In this document: positions 19,175 through 27,517 of the stretch, one piece after another
Position numbering within the stretch: position 1 is the first letter of the stretch
How the letters are laid out: every line of letters begins with the position of its first letter
Assembly (NCBI GenBank): GCA_016742095.1
Contig: JACVCJ010000019.1
Location: 4,879 to 68,878, forward strand
Direction: 5' to 3'
Source of the DNA: Bacteroidia bacterium
GTDB taxonomy: Bacteria > Bacteroidota > Bacteroidia > CAIKAF01
DNA length: 64,000 nucleotides
Notes under the pieces: generated by a model
Databases searched by the model: none
What the model was told of the DNA's origin: nothing
Seen by the model: only the letters and a program-made list of their open reading frames with translations
Position numbers and translations under genes: made by a program

Positions 19175-19849
19175 TTATTTTTTCGGTGTAGCCTTCAGGT
19201 TCAGGTCGAACTCCACTTCGTTGTTGATCACACGGTCGCCCAGGATCTTCGGATCGAACTCCACAGAACCGTATTTTACGTTCCAGTCCTGGCGGTTGAT
19301 ATTGAATTTGGCAGCAGCCTCGAATTTGGTGCTGTCAATAACCACTTTCGACGGGATCGTGATATTTTTGGTGATGTCTTTAATGGTCAGGTTCCCCATT
19401 ACGTCCACGCTGTCCGGGCTTTTACGCTTGGTTCCGGTGATCTCGAATTTAGCGGTGGGGTATTTGCTCACGTTAAAGAAGTGATCGGCAGCTTCGGGTT
19501 TGCCGGTACCTTTCAGGTGGGCTTCCAGGTCGGCCTTGCCGGTTTCGGGCGTAAGGTCGGTGCTCTGGATGGTTTCCATGTTGATGATGAAGTTACCGGC
19601 GGTAATTTCGTTGTTCTCTACGTTGATGGTACCTTCGCTCAGCTGTACGTTACCGTTGTGTCCGCCACCTACTTTTTTGGTCGCTTTCCAGTTCAGAACA
19701 GAACCGGCTGCGTCTACGGTAAAGGCTTTGCTTAATGAGGTTGCGGCAGCTACGTTCTGTGCTTCGCCCGCGTTATTGGCTTTATTTCCGCATGATGCAA
19801 TACTGAATGCAACAGCTGCCACGAATACCGGAATAGTTACTTTTTTCAT
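19175..19849 (-). CDS. YceI family lipoprotein
   Basis: Lipobox IASC; LEAHLK..FFNVSKYPTAKF, GNLTIK, INRQDW. Confidence 0.88.
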   Translation of the reverse strand: MKKVTIPVFVAAVAFSIASCGNKANNAGEAQNVAAATSLSKAFTVDAAGSVLNWKATKKVGGGHNGNVQLSEGTINVENNEITAGNFIINMETIQSTDLTPETGKADLEAHLKGTGKPEAADHFFNVSKYPTAKFEITGTKRKSPDSVDVMGNLTIKDITKNITIPSKVVIDSTKFEAAAKFNINRQDWNVKYGSVEFDPKILGDRVINNEVEFDLNLKATPKK

Positions 19850-19956
19850 TTTCGTATTATAATTTCTGTGTTGCAAAGATTACAAAACAGAAGGCATACA
19901 TTCTAACAGGTTCTGTATTTTTACATGATAATCCGTAAAAAATTCACCATGTTGAT

Positions 19957-19984
19957 TAAACCTGTCCCGACCGGGAATGTCCTA
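19957..19984 (+). promoter_or_regulatory. Putative ECF sigma promoter TAAACC-N16-GTCCTA
   Basis: Lies upstream of the ECF sigma gene; same motif and spacing at 20527 and 28440. Confidence 0.65.
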
Positions 19985-20013
19985 TACATGAAACCGAACT
20001 AAAAAGGCTTTGC

Positions 20014-20529
20014 ATGCAGGAGAGAGATAAGGAAGCTTTGTTCGCCGGCTGGATGAGGGAATACACCCCGCAGGTATACGCCGTGGCGCGTAAGATGACG
20101 GGCAACCACCACGATGCCGATGATATAGTGCAGAACGTGTTTGTGAAAGTGTGGCGGAATATGGACCGCTTCCGGAACGAAAGTAAACCCGGTACCTGGA
20201 TATACCGCATCAGTATGAACGAAAGCCTGAACTACCTGAACCGGAAAAAACGCTTTTCCTGGCTGCGCTTTTCTGACTTCGGCAGTGAAAAACCCGGGGT
20301 GCCCGAAGTGGCCGACGAGCAGAAGACCGACTATTCGCAGCTGGAAGCGCACTTTGAAAAAGCCGTACAAAGCCTGCCCGAAAAACAGAAGGCCGTATTC
20401 GTACTGCGGTTCTACGAAGAAAAATCGTACGAGGAAATGGAAGAAATATTCGGCACCAGTGTAGGCGCGCTCAAAGCATCGTACCACCATGCCGTAAAGA
20501 AAATAGAAAAAATGATCGGCGGGGATTAA
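20014..20529 (+). CDS. ECF RNA polymerase sigma factor
   Basis: DADDIVQNVFVKVW, TWIYRI (region 2); LPEKQKAVFVLR..SYEEM..SVGALKASYH (region 4). Confidence 0.95.
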   Translation: MQERDKEALFAGWMREYTPQVYAVARKMTGNHHDADDIVQNVFVKVWRNMDRFRNESKPGTWIYRISMNESLNYLNRKKRFSWLRFSDFGSEKPGVPEVADEQKTDYSQLEAHFEKAVQSLPEKQKAVFVLRFYEEKSYEEMEEIFGTSVGALKASYHHAVKKIEKMIGGD

Positions 20530-20554
20530 ACCCGGCAACGAAACAAATGTCTTA
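20527..20554 (+). promoter_or_regulatory. Putative ECF sigma promoter TAAACC-N16-GTCTTA
   Basis: Overlaps the sigma stop codon, directly upstream of the putative anti-sigma gene. Confidence 0.65.
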
Positions 20555-20576
20555 CTAATAACATACTCAACTTGCT

Positions 20577-21038
20577 ATGGACTTCGAAAATAAATACCGG
20601 CACCTGCGCAGCAACAAGGCCAATATGCCCGAAGGCTACCTGGAAGAACTGCCGCAAAAGGTAAACCGTAAAAAAGAACTGAAAAAGGTATCGCTTACCC
20701 CGTATATCGTGGGTACAGGCATCGCGGCCATGCTCATTATCGGGCTGTTCGTGGCGCTGCCCGGGAACGAAGATCCGGAAAAAGTGGCCCTTACCGATAC
20801 CGTAAGCAGCGAAATGGCCGACCAGTATGTACGTACCCTCATGGACGATGACAACCTGCTGGCCCAGAACACGGCCCCGGTTAAAAATACGGTGTCCGCC
20901 GACAGTCCCGGTACGGATATACGCATACCCACGGTCGTACAGTCTGCCACAGCCCCGGCCGATGTATTTGCCGACAGCAGCTTCAGCGAGGACGAACTCT
21001 TTGAATACCTCCTGGAAGAAGGCTTTGAAGAAATTTAA
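20577..21038 (+). CDS. Putative single-pass anti-sigma factor
   Basis: N-terminal PEGYLEEL motif, one TM helix, acidic C-terminus; directly follows the ECF sigma gene. Confidence 0.65.
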   Translation: MDFENKYRHLRSNKANMPEGYLEELPQKVNRKKELKKVSLTPYIVGTGIAAMLIIGLFVALPGNEDPEKVALTDTVSSEMADQYVRTLMDDDNLLAQNTAPVKNTVSADSPGTDIRIPTVVQSATAPADVFADSSFSEDELFEYLLEEGFEEI

Positions 21039-21076
21039 TACATGCAACAAACGCTCCCCATATAAAACAAGATAGA

Positions 21077-21610
21077 ATGAAACAGAAAATCGTAATGATC
21101 GCAATGGTACTGATGTTACCATTGGCCACTCTGATGGCACAGACACCCCAGGGCGAGGGCCCGGGCCGCGGAAAAGGTGAAAAATTCCGGGAAAAAGTGA
21201 TCGAAATGCGTGTGAACTACGTAAAAGAGAACCTCGGGCTCAGCGACGCCCAGAGCGATAAGTTTATCCCGGTGTACAAGGAATATCTTCAGAAAGCGGC
21301 CGACCTCATCAAAGAATCCCGCGCTATTAAAAAAGAGCTGAAGGATAACTTTGAAATGAAGTCCGACCAGGAACTGGAAGTCCTGCTCCAGAAGCAGTAC
21401 GACCAGGAACTGAAGCAGCTGAACCTGAAAAAAGAGGCCCAGGATGCGTATAAAAAACTCATCCCGCTGAAAAAGGTAGCCAAACTGCAGTTGGTAGAAA
21501 AAGAATTTAACCGTACCATGCTCCGTAAAGCAGCCGAGCGTATGCGTAAACCCGGCGAGCCGCCTCATGCCCCGGCACCGCCGGCACCACCAGCCGGTGA
21601 CGGAAAATAG
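21077..21610 (+). CDS. Periplasmic helical protein (Spy/CpxP-like, ECF-associated)
   Basis: Signal peptide; LGLSDAQSDKFIPVY and coiled-coil pattern; third gene of the ECF operon. Confidence 0.65.
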   Translation: MKQKIVMIAMVLMLPLATLMAQTPQGEGPGRGKGEKFREKVIEMRVNYVKENLGLSDAQSDKFIPVYKEYLQKAADLIKESRAIKKELKDNFEMKSDQELEVLLQKQYDQELKQLNLKKEAQDAYKKLIPLKKVAKLQLVEKEFNRTMLRKAAERMRKPGEPPHAPAPPAPPAGDGK

Positions 21611-21626
21611 TACCGTTTGCTTAGAC

Positions 21627-21670
21627 AGCCGCCCGATTTTGTAAAGTTTGCAATTTCGGGTGGTTTCTCT
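21627..21670 (+). terminator. Probable terminator of the ECF operon
   Basis: AGCCGCCCGA...TCGGGTGGTT hairpin followed by a pyrimidine run. Confidence 0.55.
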
Positions 21671-21697
21671 GACAATATTTAGGTAACTTTGTCGTTA

Positions 21698-21909
21698 TAT
21701 TGAGAAATGAGCGGAGTCTTGTAAAACCGAAAAACGTACTCCGGCAAAAAAGGAAAGGGCCTTCACCCGGCCATATGCCCCCCACACCGGAAATACGCAT
21801 TTCAGTTTTTCGTTAAGATAAACTTTTTACAATTCAGCTTCCCTGGTTTCATAGTTTCTCGCTTACTTTTAACCATCCGTTTTGGTCCACCCCAAAACGG
21901 ATTTTTTTT
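21698..21909 (+). ncRNA. Candidate structured small RNA (rod-like)
   Basis: TAACTTTG -7 element at 21684-21691, nested helices 21702-21860, terminator 21875-21909, no credible ORF. Confidence 0.5.
21875..21909 (+). terminator. Intrinsic terminator
   Basis: ATCCGTTTTGG-loop-CCAAAACGGAT followed by a T run. Confidence 0.85.
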
Positions 21910-22022
21910 GTCCGGGCCTTTTGTAAGCCTCGTCCGGAAAGGAATGTATTAGTTTTTTGTTAAAGCCCCGGCGCCATTCGGCAGAACCGTTGTATTTTAT
22001 AGTTTTGTAAAAAAGAATCCGT

Positions 22023-22823
22023 ATGAAACAGATCATTCTACTTCTCACCCCGGCCCTGCTCGCGGCGGGCACCCTCACGGCCCAGAAACCTCTGAAATCC
22101 AAAGCCGTTTTTTATGAAACCGTTGCAGAGGACGATAACTATAAGATCCACCTCGTGGACGTGGTAGCTACCAAAAGTTATACCAAAATGAAGGTGCGTA
22201 TACAGAATAAAACCAAGGACTTCCTGGTGTTTAAACCTTCTGAGACCTTTATGGCCCTGCCTGCCGGCGAACTGGCCGCTTCGGCCAGACTGCTGCAGAT
22301 AAAACCCTTCGATATAGAGAACCGTGTGGTGGAAGTACTTTCCAGCGGACTGGTATACGACTTTAAATACCTGATCAAAGGCCTGTACCGTGTTCCGGCC
22401 GGCGGAAACGTGCTCAGCGCACCCGATTTCCTGCTGCCTGCCGCCACCAATTCCTTTACCGCAGGCCCGTTCGAAGTAATGTATTTCCCGCAGCACAGCT
22501 CCAAGGAAACACAACTTACCGATGTATCGTTCCAGGTAACCTACAAAGGCACCAAGATCGGTATCTCTGACCATACCAAGGCCATCTGCCGCCTCGACAA
22601 CGGCCAGGAATTCAGCATTGTGAACGCCGGTGATAAATCGGAGCTGCTGTATCCCGGCGAATCGAAGAAATTCCGCCTCAAATGGACCATTCCGGCCAAT
22701 ATCGCCGATATGCAGTTTGCCAATATGACCATCATCTGGCGCGAAGCTTTCCGCGAAACGGAAGAGAAAAAAATGCCGGAACTCTCGTTCGATCTTAAAT
22801 ACAATCCGGCCGAATCGAAATAA
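22023..22823 (+). CDS. Hypothetical secreted beta-rich protein
   Basis: Signal peptide MKQIILLL...TAQ; host-like codon usage; own TAGTTTTG element at 22000. Confidence 0.75.
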   Translation: MKQIILLLTPALLAAGTLTAQKPLKSKAVFYETVAEDDNYKIHLVDVVATKSYTKMKVRIQNKTKDFLVFKPSETFMALPAGELAASARLLQIKPFDIENRVVEVLSSGLVYDFKYLIKGLYRVPAGGNVLSAPDFLLPAATNSFTAGPFEVMYFPQHSSKETQLTDVSFQVTYKGTKIGISDHTKAICRLDNGQEFSIVNAGDKSELLYPGESKKFRLKWTIPANIADMQFANMTIIWREAFRETEEKKMPELSFDLKYNPAESK

Positions 22824-22848
22824 GATCCTGTCTGAAACGATCGATCTG

Positions 22849-22882
22849 AAAGGCTGTTTCGTTTAGCGCGGGACGGCCTTTT
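22849..22882 (+). terminator. Intrinsic terminator
   Basis: AAAGGCTGTTTCG...CGGGACGGCCTTTT hairpin. Confidence 0.7.
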
Positions 22883-22887
22883 CTGGT

Positions 22888-23107
22888 TATAGCCAATAGC
22901 TGTGAGTCCGGGTTCGTAGTATAGAGTCCGGCTGTTAGCTAATAATGGTAAAGAGTCCGAAGTATAGAGCCAGGCTATGAGCTATCAGCTAATAGTCCGT
23001 AGTCCGCAGTTCAGAGCCCGGCTGTTAGCTATGAGCTAATAGTTAAGCCCGGGATCGGGAGTGATACGTTTTGGACGAGAAGTAGCTATAGGCTATCAGC
23101 TTATAGC
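22888..23107. repeat. Degenerate period-7 tandem repeat tract
   Basis: Units such as TGAGCTA/TCAGCTA/ATAGTCC/GTAGTCC; internal duplication AGAG(T/C)CCGGCTGTTAGCTA. Confidence 0.7.
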
Positions 23108-23902
23108 TTACAGCATAGGGTGCTTTCGGGCGTAGCGTATGCGCAGCCATTCGCACAGCAGGGCAAAGCCCAGGGCTATGTACAGGTGCACCTTGTTGAT
23201 GACCTCGAGGTGGATACCTTCGAAGATGAGGTAGGCTCCGATGAACACCAGGAAGGTGAGGGCAATGATCTTAACGCCCGGGTACCGCTCGATGAAATCG
23301 CTTACGTATTTGGCGGCAAATACCATAAAGATCATCGAGGCCACTACGGCGGCGATCATGATACGTACGTCGTCAACGAGTCCGACGGCGCTCAGGATAC
23401 TGTCGAACGAGAAGATCAGGTCGATGAAAATGATCTGGGCAATGGTGCCGGGAATGGACACGAGCTTGCGTGGTTTTACCACTCCCGAAGCGTCCGGTTC
23501 CGGTTTGGGTTCGTCCTTGATCTTGTGGTACAGTTCGATAATGGTCTTAACAACGAGGAAGATACCCCCGAAGAGCAGGATCAGGTCCTTGCCCGATACG
23601 GGATGTCCGTTGGGATCGAAACCACAGGACGGGTCCAGGTTCACATGCGTGCCCGGGATATGGAAGGGCAGTTCGAACAGCGGACATTTGAGACTTACGA
23701 TCCAGCCGATGAGCATCAGCAGCAGAATACGCATAACAAGGGCAAAGGTAAGACCGATGATACGTGTGGAATTCTGCTTTTCTTTGGGCAGTTTGCCGGT
23801 AAGAATGGATATGAAGATGATATTATCCACCCCGAGGACGATCTCCATCAGGGTAAGCGTAAAAAAGCTCACCAGGGCATCCGTAGTGAAAAGTTCAGCC
23901 AT
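23108..23902 (-). CDS. TerC family membrane protein
   Basis: MEIVLGVDNIIFI and DLIFSFDSILSAVG motifs. Confidence 0.93.
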   Translation of the reverse strand: MAELFTTDALVSFFTLTLMEIVLGVDNIIFISILTGKLPKEKQNSTRIIGLTFALVMRILLLMLIGWIVSLKCPLFELPFHIPGTHVNLDPSCGFDPNGHPVSGKDLILLFGGIFLVVKTIIELYHKIKDEPKPEPDASGVVKPRKLVSIPGTIAQIIFIDLIFSFDSILSAVGLVDDVRIMIAAVVASMIFMVFAAKYVSDFIERYPGVKIIALTFLVFIGAYLIFEGIHLEVINKVHLYIALGFALLCEWLRIRYARKHPML

Positions 23903-23932
23903 TATCGTAAATATTCGCTCTGTGTGTACAGA

Positions 23933-24568
23933 TTATTTTTTCGCGGGAGTGGAAGCGGCCGGTGTTTCGGTGGCAGAAGGCTTGTAGCGGTCGTTCAGAC
24001 GCTTGGTGGCATCGAGGGTGATGTCGAGCGTGGGATTATAGTACAGGGCCACGGGCAGGGTCTCGCCAACGGGGATTACAAAATCGGCTTTTTTCTCGAT
24101 CGCGATCTCCTGGGCCACTTTTTTCAGGGAGTCGGTAATGGTGGTGGTAAGGGCCTGCTGGTCCAGCATGGTCTCCTGCTGAAGTTCCTGTTGCATCTGC
24201 ATCAGTTCGCCCTCGAGGCGCTGGAGCTTTTCGATCAGCGGCTGCAGCTGGCGTTCGGTGTCGGTACGCTGGCGTACTTCCAGTTCGCGCACGGCGGCGG
24301 TATAGGCACCCTGTTTGGCCTGGAACTTCTGGGCTCTTTCATTGGCCTTGGCTTCCAGAAACCTGCCTTTTTCTTCGGTGAGGTGATAATTCTGAGCCAC
24401 GCTGTCGATATTTACAAAGAGGTACTGGGCCGTTTCAGCCGTTTTAACGCCGGTAACCGGGTCCACGGTGGCCGTACGGGTGCCATCGGCTTTAAAATGT
24501 AAATAAAAGAGTACGCCGACACAGATCAGCAGCACAACGACCAGGGCAGTCAGGATGTTTTGTTTCAT
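23933..24568 (-). CDS. OmpH/Skp family chaperone
   Basis: N-terminal TM; FVNIDSV..Y, coiled coil, LYYNPTLDIT; start moved to ATG at 24568. Confidence 0.8.
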   Translation of the reverse strand: MKQNILTALVVVLLICVGVLFYLHFKADGTRTATVDPVTGVKTAETAQYLFVNIDSVAQNYHLTEEKGRFLEAKANERAQKFQAKQGAYTAAVRELEVRQRTDTERQLQPLIEKLQRLEGELMQMQQELQQETMLDQQALTTTITDSLKKVAQEIAIEKKADFVIPVGETLPVALYYNPTLDITLDATKRLNDRYKPSATETPAASTPAKK

Positions 24569-24705
24569 TTCTTCAGTTTCGAATATACGAGGCAAAAGTA
24601 TACAATTCATTCGGGAATCGGGCAACTTTACTAAATTTCCCGTTGTTGTTTTAGATCATAAATAATATATTTGTTACTAATCAGTTAACTTAAACGATAA
24701 ATTGT

Positions 24706-24957
24706 ATGGGAAAAGGAGACAAAAAATCCGCTAAAGGAAAGCGGGCGAGGGGGTCGTACGGCGTACGCAGGCCCCGCAAGAAAGAAGCTCCCGCGGTTAA
24801 ACCAGAACCTGCGATCAAAGAGCCGAAACCGAAGAAAGTGACGGAACCCAAAGCGGAAAAGACCAAGGCCGAAAAACCGGCCAAAGCCGCTGCTGATAAA
24901 CCTAAAAAAACAAGCACCGCCAAAAAGACCAAAGAGCCTAAAGACGCTGCAGAATAG
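24706..24957 (+). CDS. 30S ribosomal protein bTHX with Lys/Ala/Pro/Glu-rich tail
   Basis: MGKGDKKSAKGKRARGSYGVRRPRK signature; TATATTTG -7 element at 24666. Confidence 0.88.
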   Translation: MGKGDKKSAKGKRARGSYGVRRPRKKEAPAVKPEPAIKEPKPKKVTEPKAEKTKAEKPAKAAADKPKKTSTAKKTKEPKDAAE

Positions 24958-24958
24958 C

Positions 24959-24998
24959 AAAAAGCCCCCCTCGCCATGGCAAGGGGGGCTTTCTTTTT
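24959..24998. terminator. Bidirectional intrinsic terminator
   Basis: AAAGCCCCCCT-GCC...GGC-AGGGGGGCTTT flanked by A and T runs between convergent genes. Confidence 0.85.
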
Positions 24999-26485
24999 CA
25001 GGTACGTTTGATCTGCCAGGCGCTTTTGCCGACGGGCAGCGGACTTTCAGGCTGTGTGGCCCTGCGGAAGAAATAGCCGGCGCTGAGCGCAGCCGCTTCG
25101 TCCATGGCCGTATTGCCCTGTGTACGCAGTACGTCGGGCGTAAAATATTTCTCTACGAATTTAGTGGTAAAGCTGGTATCGCGGAAGGCCTCGTGATCAA
25201 TGGCGAATTTACAGAAACGTAAGGTGGTCTCGATACCCCCGATGATATAGTTGTCGATGGCGTCCAGGGTCTTTTCAATGGCCTGGTCGCGGTCGGCCGC
25301 ATGCACCACCATTTTGGCGATCATGGGATCGTAATACACCGGTATGTCCATCCCGCGTTCAAAACCATCGTCAACACGTATGCCTTCGCCTTCGGGAATG
25401 CGGTATTCGATCAGGCGGCCGATATCGGGCAGGAAGTTATTGGCCGGGTCTTCGGCATACACACGCACTTCGAGGGCATGGCCGTTTATTTTCAGGTCGT
25501 CCTGCGTAAAGGGCAGCGCTTCTCCCTGTGCCACGAGGATCTGCTGGCGTACCAGGTCCACCCCGCTGATCATTTCCGTTACCGGGTGTTCCACCTGCAG
25601 GCGGGTGTTCATTTCCAGGAAGTAATAGCTGCGGTCGGCAGGATCGTAGATGAATTCCACCGTACCGGCCCCTGAATAATCACAGGCGCGGGCCACGTTC
25701 ACGGCATGGGCACCGATCTCGGCACGCTCGGCCGGTGTAAGCACGCTGCTGGGCGCTTCTTCGATCACTTTCTGGTGACGGCGCTGTATGGTGCATTCAC
25801 GTTCGAACAGGTGCAGGTAATTACCGTGATTGTCGCACAGTACCTGCACTTCGATGTGTTTACTTTCGGCAATGTATTTTTCCAGGAACACGCTGTCGTC
25901 GCCAAAGGCCGAACGGGCCTCGCTCTGGGCGCGCTGCAGGGCTTCGGCGAACTCGTCTTCCTTCCATACCACACGCATGCCTTTTCCACCGCCGCCGGCA
26001 GAGGCTTTAATGAGTATGGGAAAACCGATCTCCCTGCCTTTGGACAGGGCTTCTTCGTAAGAGGCTATGGCATAGTCCGTACCGGGCACCAGCGGAATAT
26101 CGAAGGCTTTTACGGCTTTTTTGGCTTTGATCTTGTCGCCCATGATCTCCATGCTTTCCGGAGAAGGACCGATGAGCGTGATCCCTTCTTCTTTCAGGCG
26201 GCGGGCAAACTGTGCGTTCTCCGAAAGAAAACCGTAACCGGGATGTATGGCCTGTGCGCCCGTTTCCTTGGCCGCAGCAATGATCTTGTCCATCACCAGG
26301 TAACTCTGTGCCGATGCCGGCGGACCGATAAACACAGCTTCGTCGGCCATTTTTACATGCTTGGCGTTCCGGTCGGCTTCCGAAAAAACGGCCACGGTGG
26401 CAATGCCCATTTCACGGCAGGTACGCATTACCCGGCAGGCGATCTCCCCGCGGTTGGCGATCAGTATTTTTGAAAAAGGACTCAT
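24998..26485 (-). CDS. accC: Biotin carboxylase subunit of an acyl-CoA carboxylase
   Basis: KILIANRGEIA, HPGYGFLSEN, GGGGKGMR, EMNTRLQVEHPVTE, YYDPMIAK; start moved to 26485. Confidence 0.93.
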   Translation of the reverse strand: MSPFSKILIANRGEIACRVMRTCREMGIATVAVFSEADRNAKHVKMADEAVFIGPPASAQSYLVMDKIIAAAKETGAQAIHPGYGFLSENAQFARRLKEEGITLIGPSPESMEIMGDKIKAKKAVKAFDIPLVPGTDYAIASYEEALSKGREIGFPILIKASAGGGGKGMRVVWKEDEFAEALQRAQSEARSAFGDDSVFLEKYIAESKHIEVQVLCDNHGNYLHLFERECTIQRRHQKVIEEAPSSVLTPAERAEIGAHAVNVARACDYSGAGTVEFIYDPADRSYYFLEMNTRLQVEHPVTEMISGVDLVRQQILVAQGEALPFTQDDLKINGHALEVRVYAEDPANNFLPDIGRLIEYRIPEGEGIRVDDGFERGMDIPVYYDPMIAKMVVHAADRDQAIEKTLDAIDNYIIGGIETTLRFCKFAIDHEAFRDTSFTTKFVEKYFTPDVLRTQGNTAMDEAAALSAGYFFRRATQPESPLPVGKSAWQIKRT

Positions 26486-26566
26486 AGCGTTGTTCAATAA
26501 GGTGCAAAGGTTAATAAAATTTAGGGTTCCGGAAGCGTTTCCATAGCATTTTAGCAAGATATGTAC

Positions 26567-26635
26567 TCGTACTTTCAGGTAGAGCGCTCACCTGAAAAGG
26601 TGAAAATAGAAATTTTCCTCCCCTTTTTCAGGGTT
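26567..26635. promoter_or_regulatory. Three 16-bp CCTGAAA-core boxes (candidate LuxR/NarL operator sites)
   Basis: CTACCTGAAAGTACGA (-, 26567), TCACCTGAAAAGGTGA (+, 26588; 6-4-6 palindrome), AACCCTGAAAAAGGGG (-, 26620). Confidence 0.5.
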
Positions 26636-26636
26636 C

Positions 26637-26659
26637 TTATTTAAAATAATTCTAAATAA
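26637..26659. promoter_or_regulatory. AT-rich 11-1-11 palindrome (candidate metal-repressor/Fur-like box)
   Basis: TTATTTAAAAT-A-ATTCTAAATAA (10/11 match), next to the TACTTTTG -7 element at 26662. Confidence 0.55.
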
Positions 26660-26677
26660 TGTACTTTTGATGTCGTT

Positions 26678-27319
26678 ATGGTAAAAGAAATAGGCACAGA
26701 CACCGTAGACCTGGTGATTGCAGAAGGCAATTTCCTTGTACGCCAGGGACTGCAGGCCATTTTTAAAGAAGAGGACGGTTTCAGCATTGTAGGGGAGACC
26801 GAGAATTACGATCAGATGCTGGAAATGGTATCGGTACGTAAGCCGGATGTACTCATTATCGGCATCAATTTACAGAGCGAGTCCATTATTACATATATAC
26901 AGCAGGTACGCATCCTGCATCCCGAGGTAAAGATCCTGGTGATCGATATCAAGGAAGAGGTCTCGGAGATCGTAAGCATCCTGAAAGTGGGCGTACAGGG
27001 CTATATCCTGAAACAGTGCGACAAGGGCGAGATCATGGACGCCATGCGGGCCATCCTGCGCGGTTCCAATTTCTTCTGCCACAATGTAATGAAGCTCAAT
27101 AAGACCCTCAGCGAACGTACGGTGACCCTTACCCAGCGCGAGCTGCAGGTGCTGAACCTGATATCGGAAGGGCTTACCAATAAAGAGATCGCCGACCGTA
27201 TCTTTCTTTCGGACCATACTGTGGCCTCGCACCGCAAGAACCTGATGAAGAAATTCGAAGCGACCAATAACGTGGACCTGGTGATCAAAGCCATCAAGGA
27301 ACGCATTATTTTTCCCTAA
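26678..27319 (+). CDS. LuxR/NarL-family response regulator with degenerate receiver domain
   Basis: REC fold (GYILK) plus HTH LTQRELQVL..GLTNKEIA..TVASHRKN. Confidence 0.92.
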   Translation: MVKEIGTDTVDLVIAEGNFLVRQGLQAIFKEEDGFSIVGETENYDQMLEMVSVRKPDVLIIGINLQSESIITYIQQVRILHPEVKILVIDIKEEVSEIVSILKVGVQGYILKQCDKGEIMDAMRAILRGSNFFCHNVMKLNKTLSERTVTLTQRELQVLNLISEGLTNKEIADRIFLSDHTVASHRKNLMKKFEATNNVDLVIKAIKERIIFP

Positions 27320-27364
27320 ACACGGGTGTAAACTACCATCATAGATTAATTAAAAGAAACAGCA

Positions 27365-27397
27365 AAGCATTCCATTAGACCGGGATGCTTTTTTTTG
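27365..27397 (+). terminator. Intrinsic terminator
   Basis: AAAGCATTCC...GGGATGCTTT plus T run after the regulator gene. Confidence 0.75.
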
Positions 27398-27517
27398 CGT
27401 ATGCGGGTAGTGACGAGTCCGTAGTTCATAGTCCGGGGAATAGGGAATAAGCTTATAGCAAAAAAAGAAGGCATCCGTTATTGAACGAATGCCCTCACAC
27501 ACAATTAAAATGCGGTA

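Noticed and set aside
22888-23107. Possible CRISPR array
   Set aside because: No constant 25-45 bp repeats with unique spacers and no cas genes; the pattern is a degenerate heptamer tract
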